Origin: Balneolales bacterium
Lineage (GTDB): Bacteria > Bacteroidota > Rhodothermia > Balneolales > DATFMH01
DNA: 64,000 bases
NCBI GenBank assembly: GCA_035267045.1
Contig: DATFMH010000146.1
Location: 6,157-70,156 of the forward strand
Direction of reading: 5' to 3'
The notes beneath the pieces were generated by a model that was given only the letters and a program-made list of their open reading frames with translations, did not search any database and was not told the DNA's origin. Positions 9,788 through 18,694 of this stretch are shown one piece after another (position 1 is the stretch's first letter; every line of letters begins with the position of its first letter). The position numbers and the translations under genes were made by a program.

Positions 9788-10228
9788 TTAGGTGTTTTGA
9801 CACTCCGGACACAATCCGTGTAGTCTTAATTCTTTCCCGGTAATCATGAAATTATCAGGATATGAGATCTTAGAAATCGCTAAATCGGTTTTTGTTTCTG
9901 GCATGCAGAATATTTTGTCACACGCATCACAAATAAAATGAGCATGTGATCGATTAATAGTGATCACATTGCTTTTTTGAAGACATATCGCATATTGCCA
10001 GTTCCTGTCTTTTGTAGCAACTTTGTGAACCAATTTTTTGCTTTCAAATAGTTTAAGGGTGCGGTAAAGCGTAACCTTATCGATCACTTCATCACCTAAT
10101 GATTCCGCAATCTCATGATGACTGAGTGCGATATCAGATTTTATTAATACATTGAGGACCTTAAGGCGAACCCTGGTGGTCTTAATCTGATTTTGCCGTA
10201 ATATTTTTTTAAGTGAGAAAGAATCCAT
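9788..10228 (-). CDS. Fur family transcriptional regulator (Zur/Fur/PerR-like)
   Basis: 146 aa. Winged-helix N-terminal domain, HAHFICDACDKIFC and LHGLCPEC (two CxxC pairs plus HxH), as in Fur-family metal sites. Confidence 0.8.
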   Translation of the reverse strand: MDSFSLKKILRQNQIKTTRVRLKVLNVLIKSDIALSHHEIAESLGDEVIDKVTLYRTLKLFESKKLVHKVATKDRNWQYAICLQKSNVITINRSHAHFICDACDKIFCMPETKTDLAISKISYPDNFMITGKELRLHGLCPECQNT

Positions 10229-10242
10229 TTCTTAGAATAAAG

Positions 10243-10259
10243 TTGCAACTCAGTTGCAT
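10243..10259. promoter_or_regulatory. palindromic operator candidate 1 (TTGCAACT-C-AGTTGCAt)
   Basis: Near-perfect 8-1-8 inverted repeat, 15-31 bp upstream of the Fur-family start codon. Confidence 0.5.
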
Positions 10260-10274
10260 GTATAATACATAAAA

Positions 10275-10291
10275 TTGCAACTAAGTTGCAA
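10275..10291. promoter_or_regulatory. palindromic operator candidate 2 (TTGCAACT-A-AGTTGCAA)
   Basis: Perfect 8-1-8 inverted repeat. Its centre is 32 bp from the site 1 centre, and a TATAAT hexamer (10261-10266) lies between them. Confidence 0.5.
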
Positions 10292-10633
10292 CACCGATTT
10301 ACATTTTATAATCGCAGCAGTCCGGAGAACCACGTAGATTTTAAATCCGAATTAGATTCAGAGGGATTTGTTTTAAATAATTGCATTATTATTACTCATA
10401 CGATTCTATATGCATGATTGGCCATCGTAAAGAAATTTAATCGGACAATGGGGTTCTCTAATTAACGTATTTAAAGTGATTGGCTTTGGTTTATTCCGTA
10501 TTTTTCATTTTTATAATTAACTGAATCAATGAAGCTTATTTAATTTCGCATCATTGCAGAATTGTAACGATATTATCGCACGTAAATTATTAAAACTATT
10601 ATTACCGGACTTTTTATAAAAAAAGAGAATATT

Positions 10634-12001
10634 GTGAAAGAAGTCATCAAAATAGCATCAGGACAAGGATTTTGGGGAGACCTGCCAACCGCACCAATCA
10701 ATCAGGTTAAACAAGGGGATATCGACTACCTTGTGATGGATTATCTGGCAGAAGTTACAATGTCGATCATGCAAAAGCAGAAACTCCGGAATCCCGAATA
10801 TGGGTACGCCCGGGATTTCGTTCATGTTATCGAGGCCATACTCCCGGATATCGTAAATCGTGGTATCCGAGTCGTTTCAAATGCCGGCGGTGTTAATCCA
10901 AGAGCCTGTAAAGATGCCATACTAAAGATTGCCCGGGAAAAGGGGCATAAGAAATTGAAAATTGCCGTTATCGACGGTGATGATATCCTGGAACGGATCG
11001 ATGAACTTATCAGCGACGGACATGAATTGAAGAACATGGATACCGGCGAGCCAATCTCAACCGTATCCGATCAGTTATTAAGTGCCAATGTATATTTTGG
11101 AGCTGAACCGATTGTTGAAGCGCTGAATAAAGGTGCTGATATCATAATTACGGGCAGAGTAACCGATACTGGTTTAACTCTCGCACCCATGATCCATGAG
11201 TTCGGCTGGGATTTTGATAATTATGATTTGATGTCAACCGGCACTATAGCCGGACATATCATCGAATGCGGAGCCCAGTGTACCGGTGGGAATTATACAG
11301 ATTGGGAAGAGGTTCCGGATATTGAAAATATTGGGTTTCCCATTATTGAAGCCCATTCAAATGGAGATTTTTATGTGACAAAGCATGAGAATACCGGTGG
11401 GCTTGTCAGTTTGAAAACGGTTAAGGAACAGTTGGTATATGAAATAGGAGATCCTACAGAATACATCACTCCTGATTGTGTAGCTGATTTCACTTCAATA
11501 CAACTTGTAGATGACGGGCCAAATCGGGTGCGTGTTCACGATATAAAAGGCCGTCCTGATACACCCTTTTATAAGGTATCGGCCAGCTACAATGATGGGT
11601 ATAAGTTATCATCCACACTTGTTTATTCATGGCCCGAAGCTTTGAAAAAGGCCTTAAGGGCGGGAGAAATACTGAAGAAAAGGGCGGAAAATCTTAACCT
11701 GGATATTGATTCGTTTAATTGTGAATATATCGGCTTTAACGGTTGTGATGAAAAGCCAGTCACCGACGATACTATGAAGGAAGATTTCAGTGAAATACAA
11801 TTGCGTATTTCGGCATCAGGCGATAATAAAGCGGATCTGAATCGTTTCGGAATGGAAGTCGCCCCTTTGATATTAACAGGCCCCAGTGGTGTAACCGGAT
11901 TCGCCGGCGGACGACCAAAGGCAAGTGAAATTGTGGCTTACTGGCCGGCTTTGATTGATAAAAAAGCTTGTAAACCCGTTGTTACAATATTTGATCTATA
12001 A
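10634..12001 (+). CDS. DUF1446 / acyclic terpene utilisation AtuA-like protein
   Basis: N-terminus IASGQGFWGDLPTAPINQV...DYLVMDYLAEVTMSIM and the later ITGRVTDTGL and IIECGAQCTGGN blocks fit the AtuA/DUF1446 family. GTG start. Confidence 0.65.
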   Translation: MKEVIKIASGQGFWGDLPTAPINQVKQGDIDYLVMDYLAEVTMSIMQKQKLRNPEYGYARDFVHVIEAILPDIVNRGIRVVSNAGGVNPRACKDAILKIAREKGHKKLKIAVIDGDDILERIDELISDGHELKNMDTGEPISTVSDQLLSANVYFGAEPIVEALNKGADIIITGRVTDTGLTLAPMIHEFGWDFDNYDLMSTGTIAGHIIECGAQCTGGNYTDWEEVPDIENIGFPIIEAHSNGDFYVTKHENTGGLVSLKTVKEQLVYEIGDPTEYITPDCVADFTSIQLVDDGPNRVRVHDIKGRPDTPFYKVSASYNDGYKLSSTLVYSWPEALKKALRAGEILKKRAENLNLDIDSFNCEYIGFNGCDEKPVTDDTMKEDFSEIQLRISASGDNKADLNRFGMEVAPLILTGPSGVTGFAGGRPKASEIVAYWPALIDKKACKPVVTIFDL

Positions 12002-12050
12002 AAATTATTACTTTTACGAAATAAAAAAACATTAACGACAGAGATTAGAA

Positions 12051-13091
12051 ATGGTTATTGGAATTATTGGAGCTGGAATTTCGGGACTTATTGCAGGAAA
12101 AATGTTAACCGAAGGTGGACATGACGTAACTGTTTTTGAAAAAAGTGATGCCCTTGAAGGACGGTTAGCTTCCCGGAAAATGGGAAAAGAAAACAATTTA
12201 ATTGTTGATGTTCATGCCGCAAGTTTTACGGCAAAAAATCCAGTATTTAAAGAGTTTGTAAATGAATTATTGGATAAAGGACTTTTAAAAATATGGACAC
12301 AATCTTTTCCTTATCACGATGGTGAGGATATTTATGAAAGCTTTCCCGGTCATGAGAAAACAGATTACTATGTATCACCCGAAGGTATGAGTAAAATAGG
12401 TGGGTATCTGACGCGATGGGTGGAAACCAAGTTCCATGAAAAAGTGGGTGGATTTACATTCATCGGTGATAAAAGGCATAAGAAAAAGGCATGGATGATC
12501 AATCTCACTAATTTCAATGCATATGAGATGGACGCCATAATAATAGCGACACCTGCAGTACAGGCCTATGGTCTTATTCAAACATCTCAGGATGAAACAG
12601 TCGTAAGGAAGTTGATAACTCAACTTGATGAAGTAGAATACGAGAATAGTATTTCACTCGTAGCCGGATATGAAAATAGGGAAATGCCGGATTGGAAAGC
12701 TGTTCAATGCAAGGATGGGCGTATTGAATGGATAATCAACGATTCCTCAAAAAGGGACAATCCAAACGGACTTGCACTCGTTATTCAATCAAATAGTGAT
12801 TTTTTTCATAAACATCAGAAAGAATCAGATGATCAAATTGCTCACTTGTTACTTGAAAGAGCAGCGACAATTGTGGAGGACTGGGTTGATCAACCAGATT
12901 GGTATATAGTGGAAAAATGGCGATACAGAAGTGCCCGTAATCCGATAGAAGCACCATTTTTAGAAATCAATCGTGAGGACGGCCCGCTGGCATTGATAGG
13001 TGACTATTTTAAAGGCAATGATATTGAATCAGCTTATTTATCAGGATATAATCTTGCTAAACACTGGCTGGAAAAATACCCTGCAAAATAA
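12051..13091 (+). CDS. NAD(P)/FAD-dependent oxidoreductase (renalase/amine oxidase-like)
   Basis: N-terminal Rossmann motif IGIIGAGISGLIAGKMLTEGGHDVTVFEK. C-terminal LALIGDYF block typical of flavin amine-oxidase-like proteins. Confidence 0.65.
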   Translation: MVIGIIGAGISGLIAGKMLTEGGHDVTVFEKSDALEGRLASRKMGKENNLIVDVHAASFTAKNPVFKEFVNELLDKGLLKIWTQSFPYHDGEDIYESFPGHEKTDYYVSPEGMSKIGGYLTRWVETKFHEKVGGFTFIGDKRHKKKAWMINLTNFNAYEMDAIIIATPAVQAYGLIQTSQDETVVRKLITQLDEVEYENSISLVAGYENREMPDWKAVQCKDGRIEWIINDSSKRDNPNGLALVIQSNSDFFHKHQKESDDQIAHLLLERAATIVEDWVDQPDWYIVEKWRYRSARNPIEAPFLEINREDGPLALIGDYFKGNDIESAYLSGYNLAKHWLEKYPAK

Positions 13092-13100
13092 CAGGTTTAC

Positions 13101-14900
13101 GTGACTGATCTTTTTAAGCTCAACAGGTATTTTAAAAAATATAAGGGTACGGTCTTACTTGGTACCCTTTTTCTTACTCTGGCCAATGGTTTTTTGGTTG
13201 GGATACCGATATTGGTGCGTAAATCTATTGATGATGTACAAAATCTGGTACAACATTCCTCACAGTCGTACAGCAATATATTTGATGTCCTTTTTAAGGA
13301 ACATGTAGGTATACAGTTGGCAACCATATCGGGTTATCTTGTTGGCGCTGCATTGCTTTATGGAATTTTACTGTTTCTCACACGACAAACCCTTATTGTA
13401 ACTTCCCGTCGCATTGAATTCGATATTCGAAACGAGATATTTGATCATCTGCAAAAATTGCCACAAAGTTTTTACACCCGATGGGATTCCAGTGACATTT
13501 ATGTTCGGGCAACAGAAGATGTGATGAGGGTGCGCGATTATTTTGGTCCGGGTACCATGTACACAATAAATACCTTTACTCGTGCCGGTATCATCATAAC
13601 GATCATGTTTATTGTCAATGCGAGGTTAACATTGTGGGCTCTGATACCACTTCCGATACTAACGGCGGTTGCTTATTGGGTTAGTGGTTACATCAACGAA
13701 CGTTCACGCCTGATACAGGAGCAATACTCAAGAGTGGCTGGAAGGGCACAGGAAGCATTCTCAAGTATCCGGTTGATCAAAGCGTATGCAAGAGAAGCCT
13801 ATGAACAAAAGATGTTTGATGATGAAAGTGAAGAATATCGCGTCAAGAAATTAAAATTGGCTATTATTGAAGCTTTGTTTTTTCCCATGTTGAACCTTTT
13901 AATTGGTATTTCTGTAATATTGGTCATATGGAAAGGTGGTGATATGATCATGGGTGGAACCCTGACTGTTGGTAATATCGCTGAGTTTATCATTTATGTG
14001 GCTTATCTGACATGGCCTGTGGCTTCGTTGGGATACACTTTAAATTTATTACAGCGTTCAGCAGCATCTCAGAAGAGAATTGAAGAGTTGATGAGTCAAC
14101 CGGTGCAAATAGAAGATACCGGGGAGACCGATGAGAATATTAAAGAGATTAAAGGTGAAATAGAGTTTAACAATGTCAGTTTTAAATATCCTGAATCCGA
14201 AAGATATGCCGTGCATAATATTAATATGAAGATTAAGGCCGGACAGGATATAGCCATTGTAGGAAGAACAGGCTCAGGGAAAACATCATTAATCCAGTTG
14301 ATACCACGTCTCTACGATCCTCAGGAAGGTACTATTTTAATTGACGGTAACCCGATCAACAAGATTCCTCTTGCCACTTTACGAAATTCAGTAGGTTTTG
14401 TGCCTCAGGATGCATTTTTATTTTCGGATACGATAGCGGAAAATATTGCGTTTGGTATTGAAGAAGCTGATGATAATTTGATACGTGAAGCGGCAGACAA
14501 AGCTCAAGTTCTTGAAAATATTTTGGATTTTGAGAAAAAATTTGAGACAATATTAGGAGAGAGAGGAATTACAATGTCCGGTGGACAAAAACAGCGAACT
14601 ACTATTGCCAGGGCATTGATTAAAAACCCAAGTATTTTAATATTTGATGATTCCTTAAGTGCGGTTGACACAAAAACAGAAGATGCTATATTAAAACATC
14701 TTAAGAAAGAAATGAAGGGTAAGACGACAATAATGATTAGTCATCGCATTTCCACAATAAAAAATGCTGATATTATTTATGTTATGAAAGACCACACTAT
14801 TGTGGAATCTGGTACACATAAGAAGTTAATTGAAAAAGATGGACATTACGCAGATATGTATAAGAAACAGTTAATTGAACAGGAACTGGCCGAAATTTAA
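13101..14900 (+). CDS. ABC exporter, fused permease/ATPase half-transporter with degenerate catalytic site
   Basis: Six-TM N-terminal domain. Walker A GRTGSGKTS, signature MSGGQKQR. Walker B is ILIFDDS, so Asp replaces the catalytic Glu. H-loop SHR. Confidence 0.85.
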   Translation: MTDLFKLNRYFKKYKGTVLLGTLFLTLANGFLVGIPILVRKSIDDVQNLVQHSSQSYSNIFDVLFKEHVGIQLATISGYLVGAALLYGILLFLTRQTLIVTSRRIEFDIRNEIFDHLQKLPQSFYTRWDSSDIYVRATEDVMRVRDYFGPGTMYTINTFTRAGIIITIMFIVNARLTLWALIPLPILTAVAYWVSGYINERSRLIQEQYSRVAGRAQEAFSSIRLIKAYAREAYEQKMFDDESEEYRVKKLKLAIIEALFFPMLNLLIGISVILVIWKGGDMIMGGTLTVGNIAEFIIYVAYLTWPVASLGYTLNLLQRSAASQKRIEELMSQPVQIEDTGETDENIKEIKGEIEFNNVSFKYPESERYAVHNINMKIKAGQDIAIVGRTGSGKTSLIQLIPRLYDPQEGTILIDGNPINKIPLATLRNSVGFVPQDAFLFSDTIAENIAFGIEEADDNLIREAADKAQVLENILDFEKKFETILGERGITMSGGQKQRTTIARALIKNPSILIFDDSLSAVDTKTEDAILKHLKKEMKGKTTIMISHRISTIKNADIIYVMKDHTIVESGTHKKLIEKDGHYADMYKKQLIEQELAEI

Positions 14901-14996
14901 GATTTATTAAATATATTATAATCCATATATGTACATAATAATCAACTCTATATGTTTGAAAGCGTATGGGGCTAACGACAACAAAAGGAGAAGACG

Positions 14997-16259
14997 ATGA
15001 TAGTAGTGCCACTTGGCGTTTCATCTGCCACCCCTACAATTAACAGAAGCCTGCCTTCTGTAGCTTTATGGCGTGAGGGCCGCGTATTTTTGTTTGATTG
15101 TGGAGAAAATACTCAAGCTAAAATGTTGCAGGCGGGGATTAAAAGGTCGAAAATCGACTATATTTTCATATCTCACCTTGATGGGGACCATTACTTTGGA
15201 CTTTTGGGTTTACTTTCTACACTAAATATGCAAAGACGTGAGACTCCATTGACCATCATTGGTCCGGTGGGGATAAAAAAATTCGTTGAATTTAATCTCG
15301 ATCATGCCCAGATAGAAGCCACATTTAAGGTTAATTACATAGAACTCAAAAAAGGTTTTGAATGCGAAATCGTTACGGATGAGGATGAGTTTTATGTGGA
15401 AGCGCGCCCTCTGGAACATTCTAAATTCTGTATTGGTTATCGTTTCCAGGAAAAAGATAAACCTGGAAAAGTGGATGCAAAAAAAGCATCTGATTTGGGT
15501 ATATCTGAAGATAATCAGTTTAAAGAACTTAAAGCTGGTAATGATGTCGAACTGGATGACGGGACCATTGTAAAAGCCGAAGATATCGTTGGGAAACCGA
15601 GAAAAGGGTATTCCTTTGCATATATAACTGATACACAGTACAGCCTAAATGCCATTGAGCTGAGTAAAGAAGCCTCTATTCTTTATCATGAAGCCACTTT
15701 CGGTAATGCTTTGGAAGACAGGGCAAAGGAAACTGGACATTCCACAGCTGAAATGGCTGCAAGAGTTGCCGAAAAGGCTAAAGCAAAACTTCTGGTAATT
15801 GGTCATTTTTCGGGAAGATATACCAATGAGTTTGTTCTCATGAAAGAAGCTCGCAGGATTTTTGATGATACCTGGATAGCTACAGAGTTACGGCCAATTA
15901 TGACAGATCCGAAACATGAGAGTGGTATTATCGAACCCAAAGTTAAATCCAATCAAAAAGCCGCTAAACAGTTTCGGAAAAAAGATAATTATAAAAACAA
16001 GAAGGGAACCAAGAAACGAAAAACTTTCAAAAGGCGTTCATTTGCTGGTAGTAATAGTCCACGAAAATTCAGTGAATATTATAAAGGCAATCGTGGTGGC
16101 GGAAGCAGTGGCAGTGGTGGTCATAAACATGATAATCGTGGCCATAAACATGATAACAAACGCGACAACAGAAGAGATAATCGCCATCAACAAAAGGAAA
16201 ATCCAAAATATAAGCCAATAACACCGAGAACTCCTTTTGATGAGCACAACCGTTTCTAA
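14997..16259 (+). CDS. rnz: ribonuclease Z-like metallo-beta-lactamase with HxDxDH motif and ~110-aa basic C-terminal extension
   Basis: RNase Z blocks LFDCGENTQ, FISHLDGDHYFGL, PLEHSKFCIGYRF, AYITDTQYS, LYHEATF, GHSTAEMAA and LVIGHFSGRY. The tail from about residue 310 is K/R/G/H/D/N-rich. Confidence 0.75.
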   Translation: MIVVPLGVSSATPTINRSLPSVALWREGRVFLFDCGENTQAKMLQAGIKRSKIDYIFISHLDGDHYFGLLGLLSTLNMQRRETPLTIIGPVGIKKFVEFNLDHAQIEATFKVNYIELKKGFECEIVTDEDEFYVEARPLEHSKFCIGYRFQEKDKPGKVDAKKASDLGISEDNQFKELKAGNDVELDDGTIVKAEDIVGKPRKGYSFAYITDTQYSLNAIELSKEASILYHEATFGNALEDRAKETGHSTAEMAARVAEKAKAKLLVIGHFSGRYTNEFVLMKEARRIFDDTWIATELRPIMTDPKHESGIIEPKVKSNQKAAKQFRKKDNYKNKKGTKKRKTFKRRSFAGSNSPRKFSEYYKGNRGGGSSGSGGHKHDNRGHKHDNKRDNRRDNRHQQKENPKYKPITPRTPFDEHNRF

Positions 16260-18072
16260 GAAACGCAGTAGTCACAATTCGAAAAAGGGTAAAGTTATTG
16301 ACCGAAAATTATTCGGCCGGCTTTACCCTTATTTGTCCCCGTACAAATGGTGGGTTTTATTAGCTCTGGGTATAACACTGGCTATATCCTATTTGGGACC
16401 GGTACGGCCATATCTTACGCAAATAGCTGTTGATAAATACATTTCCAAAGGGGATTATCATGGTTTATTGGGTATTATCGGGTTACTCTTTTTAGCTCTG
16501 GTCGGTGAATCACTGTTAATGATCGGTAATACCTATCTAACCCGGTGGGTTGGAGAAGGAACATTATATCGCCTGAGAAATGCTGTATTCTATAAAATTG
16601 AAAATATGCATGTACAGTATTTCGACCGGAATCCAATCGGGCGGCTCATAACCCGAACGACAAGTGATATCGAAGCCATCGATCAGCTCGTATCATCAGG
16701 TGTCATTAATATGCTGGGTGACCTTCTCCGGATATTTTTCATTATTGGTTTTATGTTGTCAATGAATTGGGAGTTAACCCTTATAGCATTGACAACCATG
16801 CCGATTTTAATCTATGCTACTTTTCTTTTCAAAAAGAAAGTTCGTGTATCTTTTTTGGATGTAAGGGATCAGATTGCACGTCTCAATTCATTCATTCAGG
16901 AACATATTTCCGGAATGCCTATCGTCCAGCTCTTTAGAAGAGAAAGTAAAGAGGCGAAACGTTTTGAGGAGATTAACAGCGCACATCGTAATGCTTACAT
17001 CAATACTATATTTTATTTTGCCCTGTTCTGGCCAACGGTGGAGATCATATCCAGCCTTGCTATGGCTTTGGTTATCTGGTATGGTGGAGCAAAGTCTTTA
17101 TCAGGGGTAGTGACATTCGGTATGCTACTGGCTTTTATCCAATATGTACGTCAGTTTTTCCTGCCAATACGTGATTTATCTGAGAAATATAATACGCTTC
17201 AGAGTGCATTGGCAGCTGCCGAACGAATTTTTAGTGTATTAGATAGTGAAGTAAAAATTAAAAACCCGGAAAATCCTGTTCACTTACCCTCTGCAAAAGG
17301 CAATATAAAGTTCGAACATGTATGGTTTCGTTATAACCGTACGGAAGAATATGTGCTTAAGGATGTTACATTCGAAGTGGAACACGGACAAACAGTGGCT
17401 ATAGTAGGAGCAACAGGTGCCGGAAAATCAACTATAATTAGTCTGTTAATGCGCTTTTATGATATTGATAAGGGTAGTATTTCATTAGATAATGTTGATA
17501 TCCGAAAAGCAGATCTTGCTTCACTGAGAACTAAATTCGGCCTTGTACTTCAAGACAATGCCCTTTTTTCCGGTACCATCATGGATAACATCACTCTTGG
17601 AAATGAAAATATCAAAAGAGAGGATGTAATACATGCGGCAAGATTAGTGGAAGCCAATAGATTTATTGAGACATTGCCGGGAGAATACGATTACAGGTTA
17701 CAAGAACGGGGAGCCTCATTATCGATGGGACAGAGACAATTAATTTGTTTCGTGCGGGCGTTAGTATATAATCCCAAAATACTCGTGTTAGACGAAGCTA
17801 CATCAAGTGTTGATTCCGAGACAGAATCAATTGTTAATAATGCCATTGATGTACTTATGAAAGGGCGAACCTCTATTGTCATAGCCCACCGTTTATCTAC
17901 TATTCAACACGCCGATAAAATTCTTGTGATGCATAAAGGAGAGATCAGGGAACGGGGCACACATAAACAGCTTATTCGTAAAAAAGACGGTATATATCGG
18001 AAACTTTATGAATTACAATATAAAGACCAATTGGTGAAAGCAGATAATAAAACAGAAACCGTTAATCCCTGA
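16237..18072 (+). CDS. ABC exporter, fused permease/ATPase half-transporter (consensus catalytic site, deviant signature)
   Basis: Walker A GATGAGKST, Walker B ILVLDEATS, H-loop AHR. The signature LSMGQRQ deviates from LSGGQ. Start overlaps the rnz 3' end by 23 nt. Confidence 0.85.
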   Translation: MMSTTVSKKRSSHNSKKGKVIDRKLFGRLYPYLSPYKWWVLLALGITLAISYLGPVRPYLTQIAVDKYISKGDYHGLLGIIGLLFLALVGESLLMIGNTYLTRWVGEGTLYRLRNAVFYKIENMHVQYFDRNPIGRLITRTTSDIEAIDQLVSSGVINMLGDLLRIFFIIGFMLSMNWELTLIALTTMPILIYATFLFKKKVRVSFLDVRDQIARLNSFIQEHISGMPIVQLFRRESKEAKRFEEINSAHRNAYINTIFYFALFWPTVEIISSLAMALVIWYGGAKSLSGVVTFGMLLAFIQYVRQFFLPIRDLSEKYNTLQSALAAAERIFSVLDSEVKIKNPENPVHLPSAKGNIKFEHVWFRYNRTEEYVLKDVTFEVEHGQTVAIVGATGAGKSTIISLLMRFYDIDKGSISLDNVDIRKADLASLRTKFGLVLQDNALFSGTIMDNITLGNENIKREDVIHAARLVEANRFIETLPGEYDYRLQERGASLSMGQRQLICFVRALVYNPKILVLDEATSSVDSETESIVNNAIDVLMKGRTSIVIAHRLSTIQHADKILVMHKGEIRERGTHKQLIRKKDGIYRKLYELQYKDQLVKADNKTETVNP

Positions 18073-18073
18073 C

Positions 18074-18694
18074 TTACTGCTTTTTCCCGACGAATAACAA
18101 ATACTTCCAGACTCCCAGATAGGCCGTTTTAATAGTTGAATCAATAGGTTCAAAATATTTATTTAACTCCGGTAATAGGTGGCTGTCCATTCGTACATGA
18201 TTGACCAACATCCATTTTTTAAACCAGTTAATATCACTTTCGAAAAAGTCTACCACAGCAATAAGACCACCATTATTCAAATGATCATATGCATTGGCTA
18301 TCGCCTGTTTCCAACCGGGATTCATCATACTTAATGAATAAGAAAATAATATCAGGTCAAAGGATTGGTCATCGAAAGAACTTGACTCATAATACGTCTC
18401 TTCCAGGTGTACTTGGTTTGAATCAATCTTCTTTTGTGCTTTCTGCAGCATCTCACCGGATAAATCAACTCCGGTAATAGCTACATCCCGAAAATTACGC
18501 TGTAGTAATTGTAGATTTTTGCCTGTACCACAACCCACTTCGAGGATTCGTTCAGCCGGGATGTTATCCGGAAGATAATGGGTAATGATCTTTTTGCGGC
18601 CAAACAAAAAGCTCCATCTTGTTATGTCATAAAACAGGGAATGAAGCCTGTAATATTGTTTTAGATTGTCAGCAGCTTGATAATAATTTGTCAT
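18074..18694 (-). CDS. btaB: SAM-dependent methyltransferase, BtaB-like (diacylglycerylhomoserine N-methyltransferase candidate)
   Basis: 206 aa. LEVGCGTGKN SAM motif. 4-nt overlap with the upstream DUF3419 gene. Size and arrangement match btaA-btaB operons. Confidence 0.55.
   Translation of the reverse strand: MTNYYQAADNLKQYYRLHSLFYDITRWSFLFGRKKIITHYLPDNIPAERILEVGCGTGKNLQLLQRNFRDVAITGVDLSGEMLQKAQKKIDSNQVHLEETYYESSSFDDQSFDLILFSYSLSMMNPGWKQAIANAYDHLNNGGLIAVVDFFESDINWFKKWMLVNHVRMDSHLLPELNKYFEPIDSTIKTAYLGVWKYLLFVGKKQ

Noticed and set aside
15916-16275. ORFs 15916-16221 (+), 16038-16247 (-) and 16069-16275 (-)
   Set aside because: These are alternative-frame or antisense readings of the repetitive, low-complexity RNase Z tail region. 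No independent coding signal.
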